A stretch of DNA of 64,000 nucleotides from Piedraia hortae CBS 480.64 (taxonomy: Eukaryota), in the NCBI GenBank assembly GCA_010093745.1, contig MU005961.1, forward strand, positions 1 to 64,000. Reading direction: 5' to 3'. The translations under genes were made by a program, and so were the position numbers. This document shows, piece after piece, positions 12,901-24,314 of this stretch. The stretch's first letter is position 1. Every line of letters begins with the position of its first letter. The notes under the pieces were generated by a model. That model was not told the DNA's origin. It ran no database searches and saw nothing but the letters and a program-made list of their open reading frames with translations.

Positions 12901-13957
12901 CTAGTGACAGGTGCCAAGGAACTGTCATGCCATCTGCCAATTTCAAGATGGTATGACATGGACATAACGCACACTGCGATCCTTAACGGCGTTAGCCTGT
13001 TCATTTCCAAGGGAGAAATCCGATCGCCATAACTAAGAATACGCAGCACTGCGTGCTGCACACCAACATCCAGTGCTCTAGATAACACGTCTTACTACGA
13101 GATACACCAACAAAAGTGGATCTGGGATATAACACTCCAAGGATTTCACGCACTGCAGACCACGAAAGATACAAGAACAGGGCTGCGGCCTGGAAACCAG
13201 CTGTAGGGAATCGAGCGACAAGCCAAAATCATACAATTATCGGTCACCAGTTTTCTTTCGAATCGGGCATGTCAGAGGGTAATGACTGACTGGTAAGGCT
13301 AAATCATGGGGGAACGCTCTACAATCCATCTTGGATGTAGCGGACACTGGTTACAATGGATTGCTCTTCACAGCGGGCTATCAGCAACCCCAATTCGGTC
13401 TCCACGCACCTGCACACAACTTGATACAGCAAATCCCTGACATAGAGAATTGAACTCCTGCACCAAATCGACATGCTCTACCCAGCCAGATTCGGCTGTA
13501 AGGATGCTGTGCGATGATCATCCACACCAAGAGCTGAGAAGTCGTACGACGAGATCAACACTCGACAGACCACTTCCCAGTGTTAAACATCACAAGGGGG
13601 GTTGTTTGCGGGCGCGCAACGACACAGGTTTCGTTTTCATGTTTTCCCCCGACCACGTGTAACTCGTGTGAAAGGCCTTAAACGGTGGGGCTGGAGAAGA
13701 CCCCACTTTGGCGGTGCGGGGAAATCTAAACGTCTCTGCATGACGGCAACGGCCATACACAAACACACAATGGAAGATTTACCAGACGCAACGAGGGATA
13801 GATGATACAGGTTCATTTAATACATTCACTCGCTGTCGAAATGCAATAACACTATCTGCTTGGCATCGGCTTTGCCCTTACTTCAACCTCGCGCTTCTGT
13901 GATCGGGTAGAGGATGCCATGTCGACTGGAGGATTGGAAGGACGGGTGTAGGTTGGC

Positions 13958-14032
13958 TTATTTTCCGTCAGGGATCGGGGGTAAAGGGCGGTCTGGTGGA
14001 GGGCCGGGACGAGGAGGAATGTTGCCGGACAT
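13958..14032 (-). CDS. Putative 24-aa proline-rich micropeptide MSGNIPPRPGPPPDRPLPPIPDGK
   Basis: ATG preceded by an A9 run, with an upstream pyrimidine-rich tract and a TTTAAATA TATA-like box at about 14170-14177. It lies in an otherwise gene-free stretch. Confidence 0.4.
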   Translation of the reverse strand: MSGNIPPRPGPPPDRPLPPIPDGK

Positions 14033-15114
14033 TTTTTTTTTCTTGAGGAAGCTTCGGAGAGTGTGCTCTTGGTTTTGGGTTGTCTTGGGTCTTTGGTTAT
14101 GAGGATGTACGTGTCTGTTCGGTTGAAGGAGGAGAGTGTAGAAGAGAAGGAAAGATGGGAAAGATCGGGATATTTAAACCAGACAAGTGCACGCGCCAGA
14201 GGCGGTGTGATGTGCAACATGGCGACACGTTTCGCCTTGTTACCCAAAAAAGGAGGCGGTGAACAGGAAGGAGGAAAAAAAGAACGAACAAGGACCAGGG
14301 AATCCCTGCGTATGTTTGTGATCGCACCGCCTATCCTACGTTTCCCCTTCGATTTTCCCCTCCGTCACATGGATGCATACCTTTTATTTCTCCGTTCCTT
14401 CGCTGCAGAGGGTCAACGTGATAAGCATAACACAGAATTAAGGAGAGGGTTTACCCCACTCTGTACAGGTTTTTTTCTTCTTTCTCTTGGGCAAGGCTGG
14501 AGTCACCGCCAAAGCGTCGGAGCAGACATGAAACGTTGGCGTGCCGTCCCGCTCCCGTATGACCGGCGTGAACCATTTCCACCCCGGCCTCCGGCGCCCC
14601 TGAAACGAGCACAAGTCCCGAACCAAGAACTGCTCCGTCAATCAAGGTCCTACAACACAAAACGTCTTCAACGGGCCCGACGGGGGGGGGATTTAGCCCC
14701 GCGTGTGACACACGCCAACGTTGATTGTAGTGCTTTTGCATGCACATTGCATAATGCGCTGTCTATCAGCAGCAACCCTGTTGGCCAAAAACCTTTCTTG
14801 CATGGCGGTGTCTCACGAATAGGTCTGGTAGATCATTTGGCGCCGGATGTGTGACGTGGATGTATGGCGATCATAGAATACTCTAGAAAATGGAAAACGG
14901 TCGGAAGCGGGACCGGAGGAAACCTGGTTGGTTCCAACTGCCGCGTGGTAGGGCTAGCCCAGGTCAAACTTTGACGAAATCCCTGCCTTAAACGATTGCG
15001 TGATGCCACTTCAGAGTTAAAGAACCCAATTCTGACAAGTGCCCAGTAACGGACGTCTGGACGCTGCGACGCTGACCGTAAAACGATCCCATTCCGATTC
15101 ATCACTTACAGTAT

Positions 15115-16146
15115 TCAACGCAACAGATTCAAAACCCCCGGCTCAATCTTCTCCAACTCCACGCCCAGTTCTTTCCACACCCTGTCCTGCAATTCATCGC
15201 CACCAGGGCCCTCTACCATCGGCGCCCTCTTCTCCACCTGGCAATCACTCAGATACTTGCCATGCGTCTCGGGGCCCCTTAGACCCGCATCCACAAGGTT
15301 CCTACTGCCAACTTCGGTCGTTCTACACATGATTTTCTTGGCCACATCGAACAAAGCCGAGTGCATGTCTCTCCCGAGTTCACTATGGCACCATCCCGGA
15401 TTGACAGTGTTTATTGTGACACCAAGCTGTTCAACGGGGTGCTGCTTGGCCAGACCGCCTAGGGCGAGAACCTCGAGCAACTTGCTAGTTTGATACCTCA
15501 TACCCATGTTCGTCTTCTTCTCATCCCTGAGTGCCTCGAAGATGTTCGCCTCATTCTTCTCCAGGAACGGGGTAGTAAAATGCAGCGAGGAAGACACAAT
15601 GGTCAATGTGGGTGTAATGCCATTTCCCTTTTGCTTCCGCAGCGTCGGCATAAGGAGACACAGCAGCAAAAATGTTGAAATCACATTCACCGTGATGTTG
15701 CTCTCGTTGCCCGCAACCTCATGGAACTTCGTGGCATGAATGCCCGCATTCTCGATGACAATGTCGATCCTGTCGAGCTCACGCGTTTGATCAGCAAACT
15801 TCTTTACGCTCTCGTAGTCGGTCAGGTCAAGTGGCCAGACGTCAATAATGCTCCTGTCGCGGCCGGTGGAAGACGCAATGTCCTCGGCGGCATCCCGCCC
15901 CTTGTCGAGGTTGCGACATCCAATGATCAGCTTCGAAGCGCCGAGCTGCACATAGCGGCGGGCGGCCTCACGGCCGAGACCGGTGTTCGCGCCGGTGATG
16001 ATGATTGTCTTGCCCGCGCACGATGTTGTTGGAACGGGAGGTGTGACGAGGAATTGGCTGTAGAAGAAACTGGGCGCGTAGCCGAACATTACCTCTGATG
16101 TGGAAGCCATGTTGGAGTAGAAGAACTTGGGCGCGTCGCCGAACAT
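15115..16146 (-). CDS. Short-chain dehydrogenase/reductase (retinol dehydrogenase/WWOX-like subgroup)
   Basis: Rossmann motif IITGANTGLGRE, LDLTDYESVKKFA, ENAG, catalytic YQTSK, VNPGWCHSELGR. The start codon is ambiguous because of an N-terminal duplication. Confidence 0.9.
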   Translation of the reverse strand: MFGDAPKFFYSNMASTSEVMFGYAPSFFYSQFLVTPPVPTTSCAGKTIIITGANTGLGREAARRYVQLGASKLIIGCRNLDKGRDAAEDIASSTGRDRSIIDVWPLDLTDYESVKKFADQTRELDRIDIVIENAGIHATKFHEVAGNESNITVNVISTFLLLCLLMPTLRKQKGNGITPTLTIVSSSLHFTTPFLEKNEANIFEALRDEKKTNMGMRYQTSKLLEVLALGGLAKQHPVEQLGVTINTVNPGWCHSELGRDMHSALFDVAKKIMCRTTEVGSRNLVDAGLRGPETHGKYLSDCQVEKRAPMVEGPGGDELQDRVWKELGVELEKIEPGVLNLLR

Positions 16147-16449
16147 TAACTCTGATGTATCTTGATTGAGTGTTCAGGTTGAATAGCCATCTATCCCTTG
16201 CGTCAATGGTGGATATCGGCCGAATTTTTGCTTTTTCGCCCATGTGACCTACAACTTTGCCGAACCTGTTTATATGGTTGTCCGAGTTCCCACTACTATG
16301 TCTATATTCACCCGTGTGAAAGCAATATCTATGGGAATTTTGGCCACAACACTGCACTCACTGATCGGATTTGAAAGTCATATGGCTTCTAAATCACCGA
16401 TACATGACAAATGATAGATCCCAAAGTACTTTTTGATTCTCTACACTTT

Positions 16450-17659
16450 TCACGCCCATCTTCCCAGTAAAGCCATCAACGCCGCTCCCATGCACATTGT
16501 TCCAAACGCCGATAGAACTTGCTGTATGCTCGCCTGCTGCATGTATTCGCTAAACATGAACTCATGCGCCATCAACTCAATCAAACCCGTGTAGATAAGG
16601 ATTCCTGACGAAATTGAATCCAACACACCGCTTGCAATCAGAGAACTGGAGCTGCCCGGGTGCAGGTGCTTCCGGATACCTAGCCCAATGGCTATTGCCC
16701 CGGGCGTGGCAAGTGCATACACTGAACCAAGCACATATGGCAGCCACCGTCTATGGACTGGCCACTCGACTTCTGCAAGCCGCGTGCCTAGTGCTAAGCC
16801 CTCAAAGGTTTGATGGAATGTGAGCACCGCGTAAAGTATCTTGAATTCGTCACCCGCGACAGCCAGAGTAAGGCCTATCAAAACCGAGTGAAACACGACG
16901 CCGAACTCTAGAATGGCGAGTGCTGTCATCTGTGCGGCATAGCTGTCTGGGTCATATTTACCCGAATGACTATGTCCTGTATGCCCCGCTTCGTTGTCAT
17001 CGATTGGTTTGGTCCATGCCGACCGATCCACCCGACTTGAAACGTAGGATTGGCGGTCAACGTGACCCCATGAATGAGAAAGGTGGTTGTCTCCTGGGAC
17101 ATGCGGCCCCCCACACACAGGACCTGCCCCTTCTATGTTAGGGGTCAAAGAGAACCGAAGGCTTTGCCTGAGAGCCTTGACTGGCCTAAGGCTATGCGAG
17201 TCAGCATCCTCTGGTTCTGGTTTGCCCTTGGGCTCGGCATCATGGCCATGGTCGTGCCCGAACTTCGCGAACCGCATTGTCATGAGCTCGACAAAGAACA
17301 TGACGGTGATCACCATCATGGAGATTCCTTCAGCCCACGGATATTCGGTGATTGGCCCCTCTAAACATTCGTCTGAAAGTGCTTCATTGGCCGGGGCAAG
17401 TAGATGGATGAAAGCCGTGGCTAATATGACACCCGAGCCAAAGTACTGAGTGGAAAATCAATATGTGATCAGACAACGGGACCTTTTTGCATACCTTTGC
17501 TGCAAAAAATGCCCATGCCGGGACATGAGTCCCTCGATGACGGCCAGCATATATGGGAAACCAAGCTCCCAGAAAGGAGCCCACAAATATGACAAAGATG
17601 GCAGATATGCGCAATGGGAGGTTGCCGTTGTAGTCGTTGCCGCTGCCGCACTCAGGCAT
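16450..17659 (-). CDS. ZRT2: ZIP-family zinc transporter (Zrt2/ZrfB-like)
   Basis: LRISAIFVI...AK|YFGSGVILATAFIHLLAPA, His-rich loop, ILEFGVVFHSVLIGLTL, FHQTFEGLALG, GILIYTGLIELMAHEF. Intron at 17494-17446. Confidence 0.92.
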
Positions 17660-17861
17660 GGCAATTTGTTAGCAGGAGTTCGGGAGGTTTCGGAGGTTGC
17701 GGTGCAATTATGGATTGACTAGGAGAATTGTGCTGAATTAAGAGGTTCTGGTCTGCGCCAAGACTACCTTGATGGTCAGTTTCGGCCCGTGCAGCAGGCA
17801 CGTGATATATGTCCCGGAATGAGGGCCACTTGGTTTCGCCTGTCGATCCACCACTCTACTT

Positions 17862-18306
17862 TTAACTGCCGCCACTGGCATTTGCCCGTTCCTCCTCTTC
17901 CACTGTCCGGGTGCGCAGCTGCAGCGCATGAACTCCGCCGGCCGCTGCCAGCTCGTCTTTGAGCAGCGCGTAGACCATCCGATGACGCGCAGGCTGCGGC
18001 TTGCCGCGAAAGGCGTCTGACGTGATATATACCCTGTAAAAGTCAGGCAATGGTCAAACAAGTGCTGAAGAGGCTTGCCTGAAGTGGGTTTCGTTGGATG
18101 TCACGTTTTGCATCTCTTTGTGATGTGCATGACGATGGGAATCATTGAAGATTTCCAGCGCTGTAGGTTCCAATGCACGCGTGATCTGTGTCTATTAGAC
18201 CTTCCATTAGGGCCAGGAAGTTGCTTACTTTGCTCCTGATGAGAGCTTCCATGGAGCCGGATCCGTTAGCCAGGGCGGCGAATGTACGGCGAAAAAAGCC
18301 AAACAT
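17862..18306 (-). CDS. BOL1: BolA-family protein (Bol1/Uvi31-like)
   Basis: Spliced product MFGFFRRTF...SMEALIRSK|ITRALEPTALEIFNDSHRHAHH...ETHFR|VYITSDAFRGKPQPARHRMVYALLKDEL...GVHALQLRTRT. Introns at 18228-18186 (GT-AG) and 18078-18034 (GC-AG). Confidence 0.88.
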
Positions 18307-18383
18307 TATCAAAGTCAACATTTTCCCCGCGGAGAAGCGCACAAACGTTGATACACGCTCCACACAGAACTCAGACTGTGAGA

Positions 18384-19025
18384 ATGGCACCAATTAGGCG
18401 CTATCTTCGCATCGCCCGTTACACTGTATTGGAAGTGCGTATCTATGTAGAACAGCCCAAAGACAAGGCCTGGTTGGAGTCGTCGTCGGTGCTTCCACGC
18501 GTTCTAGAAGCGGTGCGGCCCCATGTGCTGCCAAAGCTGCGCGATGAAAGCACCAATGCACACGTCGCAGGAAAGAAACGAAAGAAAATTCGAGACTTAG
18601 CTAGCGGTGAGGAATTTGACGTGACTATCCACCTAGCCAACCATTCAAGGTACCATTCGGTACTTACGAAGAGGAAAGAGTTATCTGATCCCGCTCCGCG
18701 AATAAAGTCAACAAGCTCCAAGCTTACTGGAACAATTACCATTGACGACGATGACCAGAACCCACAGTTCATTGAATATGACAATGAAGATAAGGGGGAA
18801 CTTCCAGGAACTCGGGATGGTGACGAGGATGATGGTGCGAAAAAGATGAAGATGACAACATTTTACGATGGCTTCAGCATCTACGGGCGTGTGCTCTGTC
18901 TCGTTGTGCAACGCAGAGCGGCAGGAGCACATAAGACTGTTCTCTCACACAGCACACAAATGATGGAGCAATGGATAAATACACAGCCGGCTCAAGAGGC
19001 GTCTATGGATGACGATGATGATTAA
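18384..19025 (+). CDS. Conserved-looking fungal hypothetical protein
   Basis: ATG at 18384 (MAPIRRYLRIARYTVLEVRIY). C-terminal KKMKMTTFYDGFSIYGRVLCLVVQRR block. Uninterrupted ORF. Confidence 0.75.
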   Translation: MAPIRRYLRIARYTVLEVRIYVEQPKDKAWLESSSVLPRVLEAVRPHVLPKLRDESTNAHVAGKKRKKIRDLASGEEFDVTIHLANHSRYHSVLTKRKELSDPAPRIKSTSSKLTGTITIDDDDQNPQFIEYDNEDKGELPGTRDGDEDDGAKKMKMTTFYDGFSIYGRVLCLVVQRRAAGAHKTVLSHSTQMMEQWINTQPAQEASMDDDDD

Positions 19026-19255
19026 TGTATGGCCGTTGCATTCATGTTTCATGTATGCTTGTCGAATCTCGGGGCATCAATCTGATACCATCTATGGGTT
19101 GGGGCCAGCCATCTGGGTCTGATACGGTGCTTTGACCATAACACAACTCTGGGGCAACTGCAACGGAAACCGATTCAAAGCAATTCAACACACATTACAA
19201 CTACCTACGTCCGTTCACCCCTCAAAGTCGTAACTCATGCAAAAACTGGTGTTAG

Positions 19256-20296
19256 TTAGGCCGCCTCCCTCTCTTCCTCCCTTCCACGCGCACTGGACAT
19301 GTCCTCATCATGTTCATCGTCGTGCTCATAGCTGCCGTCCCGAAGCTGGTTGGCTGGAATCCACAAGCCGCTTTCCCGGCCCTCCATTGCCTGGTCTTGC
19401 CCTGACAGATCCATAGCCTCACCCTGGTGAACACGGCCTTGGCGACGACGCTGGGAAAGGGTACGCGCGCGTGTCGACAACTTGGACTTGACTGATGCGT
19501 TCTGCTCAAGCCAATTGGTAAGAGCGTCCTCACAGTCTTGAATGATGGCCTTCGAGGCTTCGTAGCCATCATAGGCGTCTCGAGTCTCGCCAGGCGTCAC
19601 TGGAGTGTCGTCAACAAGCTCTAGCAAATGCTTGCCATAGCCGGCGATGATGGCCATCTTCTCGCTATGTTCGCGCAGCGCATCGAACTGGTAGGCAAAG
19701 GCGGCCTTGAGCTTCTCGCGCGTAATGTTGGACAGCTGCGCTTCGGCTACCAGCGACTCAGCCTCGGCACGGACAAGTTCCTGCTCGAGGACAACAATTC
19801 GGGGGCTGTTGGGCTCCTTGTACTTGAGTTGCGCAATCTGGTCCGTGATCTTCTGCTTGCGGTCGCGGCTGGGCTGCACCGAGGCCTCGATGTTGCGGAT
19901 GCTCTTGAGCGTGACACGATACTGATCATAGCGATCGACAAACTGGTCCTCCAGTTCACCGATCTCGTAGATCAGGACGCCAAGCTTGTCTGTTACATCC
20001 GAAACATCATCATCGCAGCCTTCACCCCAGACCGACAGCTGGCGCGCCACCTCCATGCGCTCGCGGCCGACCAACTCCATCGATCGCATCACATTCTTCT
20101 CCATTTTGACCAGTTGCGACAGCTTCTTGGCCAGATCGGGCCCGAATGCGCCCGCTGTCGTCTTGCGGAACGAATGGGTGAGGCTAGCCTTACCAAAAAG
20201 CCGGTTCGTCTTCGTTGACGACGACGGCGGTGGCGGGTTCTGGATCTGCGACGCCGTCGGGGCGCGCGACTGGCGCATACTGTACGTGCGGTGCAT
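19256..20296 (-). CDS. PIL1: Eisosome BAR-domain protein Pil1/PilA
   Basis: MHRTYSMRQSRAPTASQIQNPPPP...AGAFGPDLAKKLSQLVKMEKNV...RNIEASVQPSRDRKQKITD...ELVRAEAESLVAEAQLSNITR. Confidence 0.95.
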   Translation of the reverse strand: MHRTYSMRQSRAPTASQIQNPPPPSSSTKTNRLFGKASLTHSFRKTTAGAFGPDLAKKLSQLVKMEKNVMRSMELVGRERMEVARQLSVWGEGCDDDVSDVTDKLGVLIYEIGELEDQFVDRYDQYRVTLKSIRNIEASVQPSRDRKQKITDQIAQLKYKEPNSPRIVVLEQELVRAEAESLVAEAQLSNITREKLKAAFAYQFDALREHSEKMAIIAGYGKHLLELVDDTPVTPGETRDAYDGYEASKAIIQDCEDALTNWLEQNASVKSKLSTRARTLSQRRRQGRVHQGEAMDLSGQDQAMEGRESGLWIPANQLRDGSYEHDDEHDEDMSSARGREEEREAA

Positions 20297-20615
20297 CTTG
20301 GATGTGTTAGTAGGGAAACGGCGTTTGGTAAAGGTCCAGTCGCAATGGGATTGTTGGGTCAAAGCCGTGGAGATTTACGGCTGACCGGTGACGTCAAGGA
20401 CGTCTGATATCGTCTTGCATGATGCTGCAGCCTTGTTGACAAAACAGAGGCAAGCGCAGCCTATCAAAAATAGAGCTGTCAGCCAACCGCTGTTCCCTCA
20501 ACAACGGCGGGGCTATGTGGACCCTGTAGATCAACTAAGAGGGCAGAAGGTTTGGGTCCGGCCGATCCCGCCGCCAGTTTAACGTCAGTGAACACGCAAC
20601 CAACTGCCCTAAGTC

Positions 20616-21743
20616 ATGAAAATTTTCCTTGCTCTGTTCCTTCTTCCATCGGCCATACGGCAAACCCTTGCATACTCCGTTCTATCCAATTCTTCTCTCA
20701 CAAAGATCGCGCCACCAGATGATGATTTTGATGTGCAGCACGGGCCTCTTCTAGCACCAATTCTTCGCACGCGTGTACCTGGGACCGAAGGGTCCAAAGC
20801 CGTCCTCTCGCATTTTGTTAATTTCTTTTCCACTCTTCCAGAATGGAAGTTGACCTTCCAAAATAGCTCCAGCGTAACACCCACAAGTGGAGGAAAGAAA
20901 GTTCCCTTTCACAATCTCATTGCAACACGGGACCCGCCATGGTTAAAAGACAGACAAGGCGATGTAGGCCGTCTAGCGCTTGTTGCGCACTACGATAGCA
21001 AGCTTACCCCGAAAGGGTTCATTGGAGCCACCGACAGCGCCGTGCCCTGTGCAATATTGCTCCACGCAGCCCGTACCCTGGATGAGGCCTTGACGAGGAG
21101 ATGGGCGGCCATGGAAGCAGATGGCAGTGCCAACCATCTAGACGCTGAGCCGCAAGGCGTACAGTTAATTTTCCTTGATGGCGAAGAGGCCTTTGCTACG
21201 TGGACGCATACAGACAGCATCTACGGCGCGCGGGCTTTGGCCGAAGAATGGGAAACTACAATCCATCCCGCCATGAGCACTTTCCGCAATCCCCTTTGCA
21301 GCATCAGCCTGTTTGTGTTACTGGATCTGCTCGGTGCTGTGGATCCGGTCGTTCCATCCTACTTTAAAACCACGCACTGGGCATATGCGCAGATGGCCAG
21401 TGTAGAAACTCGTTTAAGAGCACTAAAACGTCTCAAATCATCACCCAAAGCTCCCTTTCTCCCAGAAGCAGGCAAAACAAATGATGATGCCTGGATGGGG
21501 GGCTTCATTGAAGACGACCACCTCCCCTTCCTTGCGCGCGGTGTTGACATCTTGCACATAATACCGAGCCCTTTTCCACGCGTATGGCATACCATTGATG
21601 ATGATGCAAAGCATCTAGATCTCGATGTCTCCAACGACTGGGCAGTAATAACAACGGCATTTGCAGCCGAGTGGCTGGACTTGGACGGCTTCATCGAGGC
21701 CAAAAACCCTACAAAACGATCATCCGAAAAGACGGAATTGTGA
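20616..21743 (+). CDS. Glutaminyl-peptide cyclotransferase-like M28 metalloenzyme
   Basis: Signal peptide, AHYDSK, GATDSAVPCA, FLDGEEAF, DSIYGARALA, LLDLLGA, IEDDHLPF, FPRVWHTIDD. Ends in KTEL. Confidence 0.92.
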   Translation: MKIFLALFLLPSAIRQTLAYSVLSNSSLTKIAPPDDDFDVQHGPLLAPILRTRVPGTEGSKAVLSHFVNFFSTLPEWKLTFQNSSSVTPTSGGKKVPFHNLIATRDPPWLKDRQGDVGRLALVAHYDSKLTPKGFIGATDSAVPCAILLHAARTLDEALTRRWAAMEADGSANHLDAEPQGVQLIFLDGEEAFATWTHTDSIYGARALAEEWETTIHPAMSTFRNPLCSISLFVLLDLLGAVDPVVPSYFKTTHWAYAQMASVETRLRALKRLKSSPKAPFLPEAGKTNDDAWMGGFIEDDHLPFLARGVDILHIIPSPFPRVWHTIDDDAKHLDLDVSNDWAVITTAFAAEWLDLDGFIEAKNPTKRSSEKTEL

Positions 21744-21811
21744 GTACGTCTGTCCACTCTCCACCCACCCTCATTGACCCCAACCCCAGGTCCCTACTGT
21801 AGTATATGTAA

Positions 21812-22621
21812 TCATGGAGCATACGGAATCTTATCCCAAAGAACCTCCCACGGCGCTTTCATATCTCCCTTCAACCCATTCCTCACAGACATATTAACCC
21901 AAAACCTCCCCATTAACGCCCTCGCAACCCTCTCCCATCCCGTCCTTTCCCCTTTGATCCTCTCAGGTGTATACTCCAAATTCGCCAACGCAACCTTTCC
22001 CCCCTTTAGCCTCCTCAACTCCCCAAACCGCACCGTCCTCGTCACAATCCAAGGTTTATATCCCAACAGCTTCAACCCCACTTCCAAATCCCCCTTGGGA
22101 TTCGCAAGAAGGCGTTCAAACGAAGCCGTATCCCGCCTCGCAGTAGCAGGTAATTTTAAAATCACACGGCTGACGATCGGGCCAGATGAAATCGAGAAGA
22201 GAAAGGGCGCTGTCGAGAGGATGATGCTAGTCGGTGTTACCCACTCCGGGGTGGATGTTGGGAGGGATACTGTGTGGAAGAGTCCGAGACAGAGGACCAC
22301 GAGTGTCGTGCTTCGGAGGAGACCACTGATCAGCAGAGAAAGGTTAGTTTTGGAACCAGAACAGGGATGCTCCGCGTTATGTTCGGTTAAGGGGCCAAAG
22401 TGTGCTTGGAAGTTGTGAAGTGTGTCCAAGGAATGCTTCGCTACCTACAAGAAAACAGTCTGGGACGTCGGCGCGGTGTAGACGATTAAGTTCTCGGGAA
22501 AGCGTGGCGGTGTGCGTGCTTTTCGCGCTGCGGTAGATTCTGCGCGGAAAGGGAAACGAAAGCGTGAAAGCTGGCTGGGTAGTTGGACTAGTCGTGGATA
22601 ACGACAACAGTGGAGGGCCAT
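21812..22621 (-). CDS. Hypothetical membrane protein, probably mitochondrial, 2 exons
   Basis: ATG at 22621 gives an Arg-rich presequence-like MALHCCRYPRLVQLPSQLSRFRF...FPENLIVYTAP. A GTAGGT...CTAAC...CAG intron joins it to ORF 21812..22429, which has two hydrophobic segments. Confidence 0.6.
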
Positions 22622-24262
22622 GGGTGGATGTGAGTTGTGTGTGGAGGCGCGCCCAACGTTTTGTTAGCGCGTTGCATCAGAACATCAACAGTGGCGATTT
22701 GGGAAAACTAACGAATGGTTGGGAGTTGTGCTACTGGAACAATCTTGTGTGATAGCTGCTAGAATATGCGACGAGATGCAAGGACGTGAGTTTGTTTGGT
22801 GTTGGTGAGCTCATTAAGCACTGGACGACACTATGATACGAGACTACCGATTTTGGTGGTTTTGACACAACTTCTTCGCATCACTAGTCAGCCTTATAAG
22901 TGCCAAGCTGTAGCAACCAATCATTGAGATTCGCGGGTGAGAACAAAGTCAATCAATCACTATCACTTTATCGCACATGTCTTTAGCGGAGTGTGGGATG
23001 GTTCAGGAACTGGGAGTATTGGATAGTTGGCTGGATGACGCCTCCAGGACGCAATAGGATGTCGCCCAAACGCTGTGTGTGTCGATGAATGAAAAGTTGG
23101 TATAAGAAAGGGCTCGTTATTATGTAGCTACTGAGACTGAATTAGGCAAGGCCTCATCTTGTTTTGTTCGCCTCCGTTCATGTTCGGCGACACCACAGTC
23201 AGCTTAGGAGTACGCCGGGCGAAGGCACGATAGTGAGATCCACAACAGTATTCTAATTCCGAGATCGACCCACATCTTGCAAACGCGGATGACTTTCACC
23301 AGCATGTGGCGCCTGGGTAGCATTCCTCCTTTTTTCTATGGTGTCTTCGGCCTCCTTGAGTGCAACGTAATGACGCACAGCCAGGGTCATCTCATGGTTC
23401 AAGGGCAGTCTGCAACGCTTGGCCTTCCTTCTTCTGATCATTCATTGGGTCATGGAAAACAAATGCGCCGAAGTTTGGCCGGGGAGCGACCGCCTAGCTT
23501 ATCCCACAAGGTCTTAGTCTCATTCACCCTTTCCCCAGTACTGGTATATCAACTCAACCATTAAAAATTTCTGATGGAAACCCATGTTTTCTGTGCAGTT
23601 CGATGGCAATCGTCGGCGTGGTAGCGGCGGCCACAGTGGCCTGGGTGGACTCACCATGTGCATTGAATGCTGTTATCGGTATTCAAGTGGCGACCACGAT
23701 CGTTATGGGTGGACTCTATACATGCGTTAGCTGCGTTCGCGGTATTTGAGTAGAGTCATCTAAGTGCTTCGTACGTGCATTGTGGCATTTTCAAGACCGG
23801 CGCTCGTGAATGGAACACGAAGTGTGAATGAGGTGATGTGGGATGAATTTTGAAAATTTCCTAAAACATGTTCGATGGGATTTAGCTAATTAGTGAGCGC
23901 ACGAAATTGTGGACGAACTTCAAAAGTGCGCAACACCACAGCAACACATTTTTTTGCAAGAATTCTCAGTAGATATTGTTCTTTATGCGATCTTTTATCA
24001 TTGGACCAGGGGAAATTTTCATGACTGTTTTGCTGGTGGAGAAAACCGCCTTCAAAGATTTTGTCTCATTCGATTTTACATTTTTAAAATTTACGCATCT
24101 GTGTAAGGTAATCACAGCTTAATGGATGAATAAGCATAACCCTTCTGCGAGACTCGAGAATAGGGTACCGTAGCATGCCCAATCAGGCATAGCTCCCGAC
24201 ATAAGGCACGCTTACGAATGGACTGAACCGTCCAGTCATTGCGGCGTGGACAGGAAGTTCTT

Positions 24263-24314
24263 GCAATCTGATTGGTTGAAAGACGCTAGTCCCAGATAGG
24301 CACGCTAACTAGAA
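24263..24314. repeat. Copy of a short dispersed repeat shared with 31330-31382 (possible transposon-end remnant)
   Basis: gcaatctgattggttgaa-agacgctagtcccagataggcacgctaactagaa aligns with gctatctgattggctgaagcgggcgctaatccccatcaagcacgctaacagaa. Confidence 0.5.

Noticed and set aside
14063..14854. 263-aa plus-strand ORF
   Set aside because: GTG start, crosses homopolymer and promoter-like tracts, and has no coding-like composition or motif.
23253..23441. Short ORF MIRRRKAKRC... and a faint 63-bp-period repeat at about 23640-23750
   Set aside because: Possibly a decayed coding remnant, but there is no identifiable motif to support a call.
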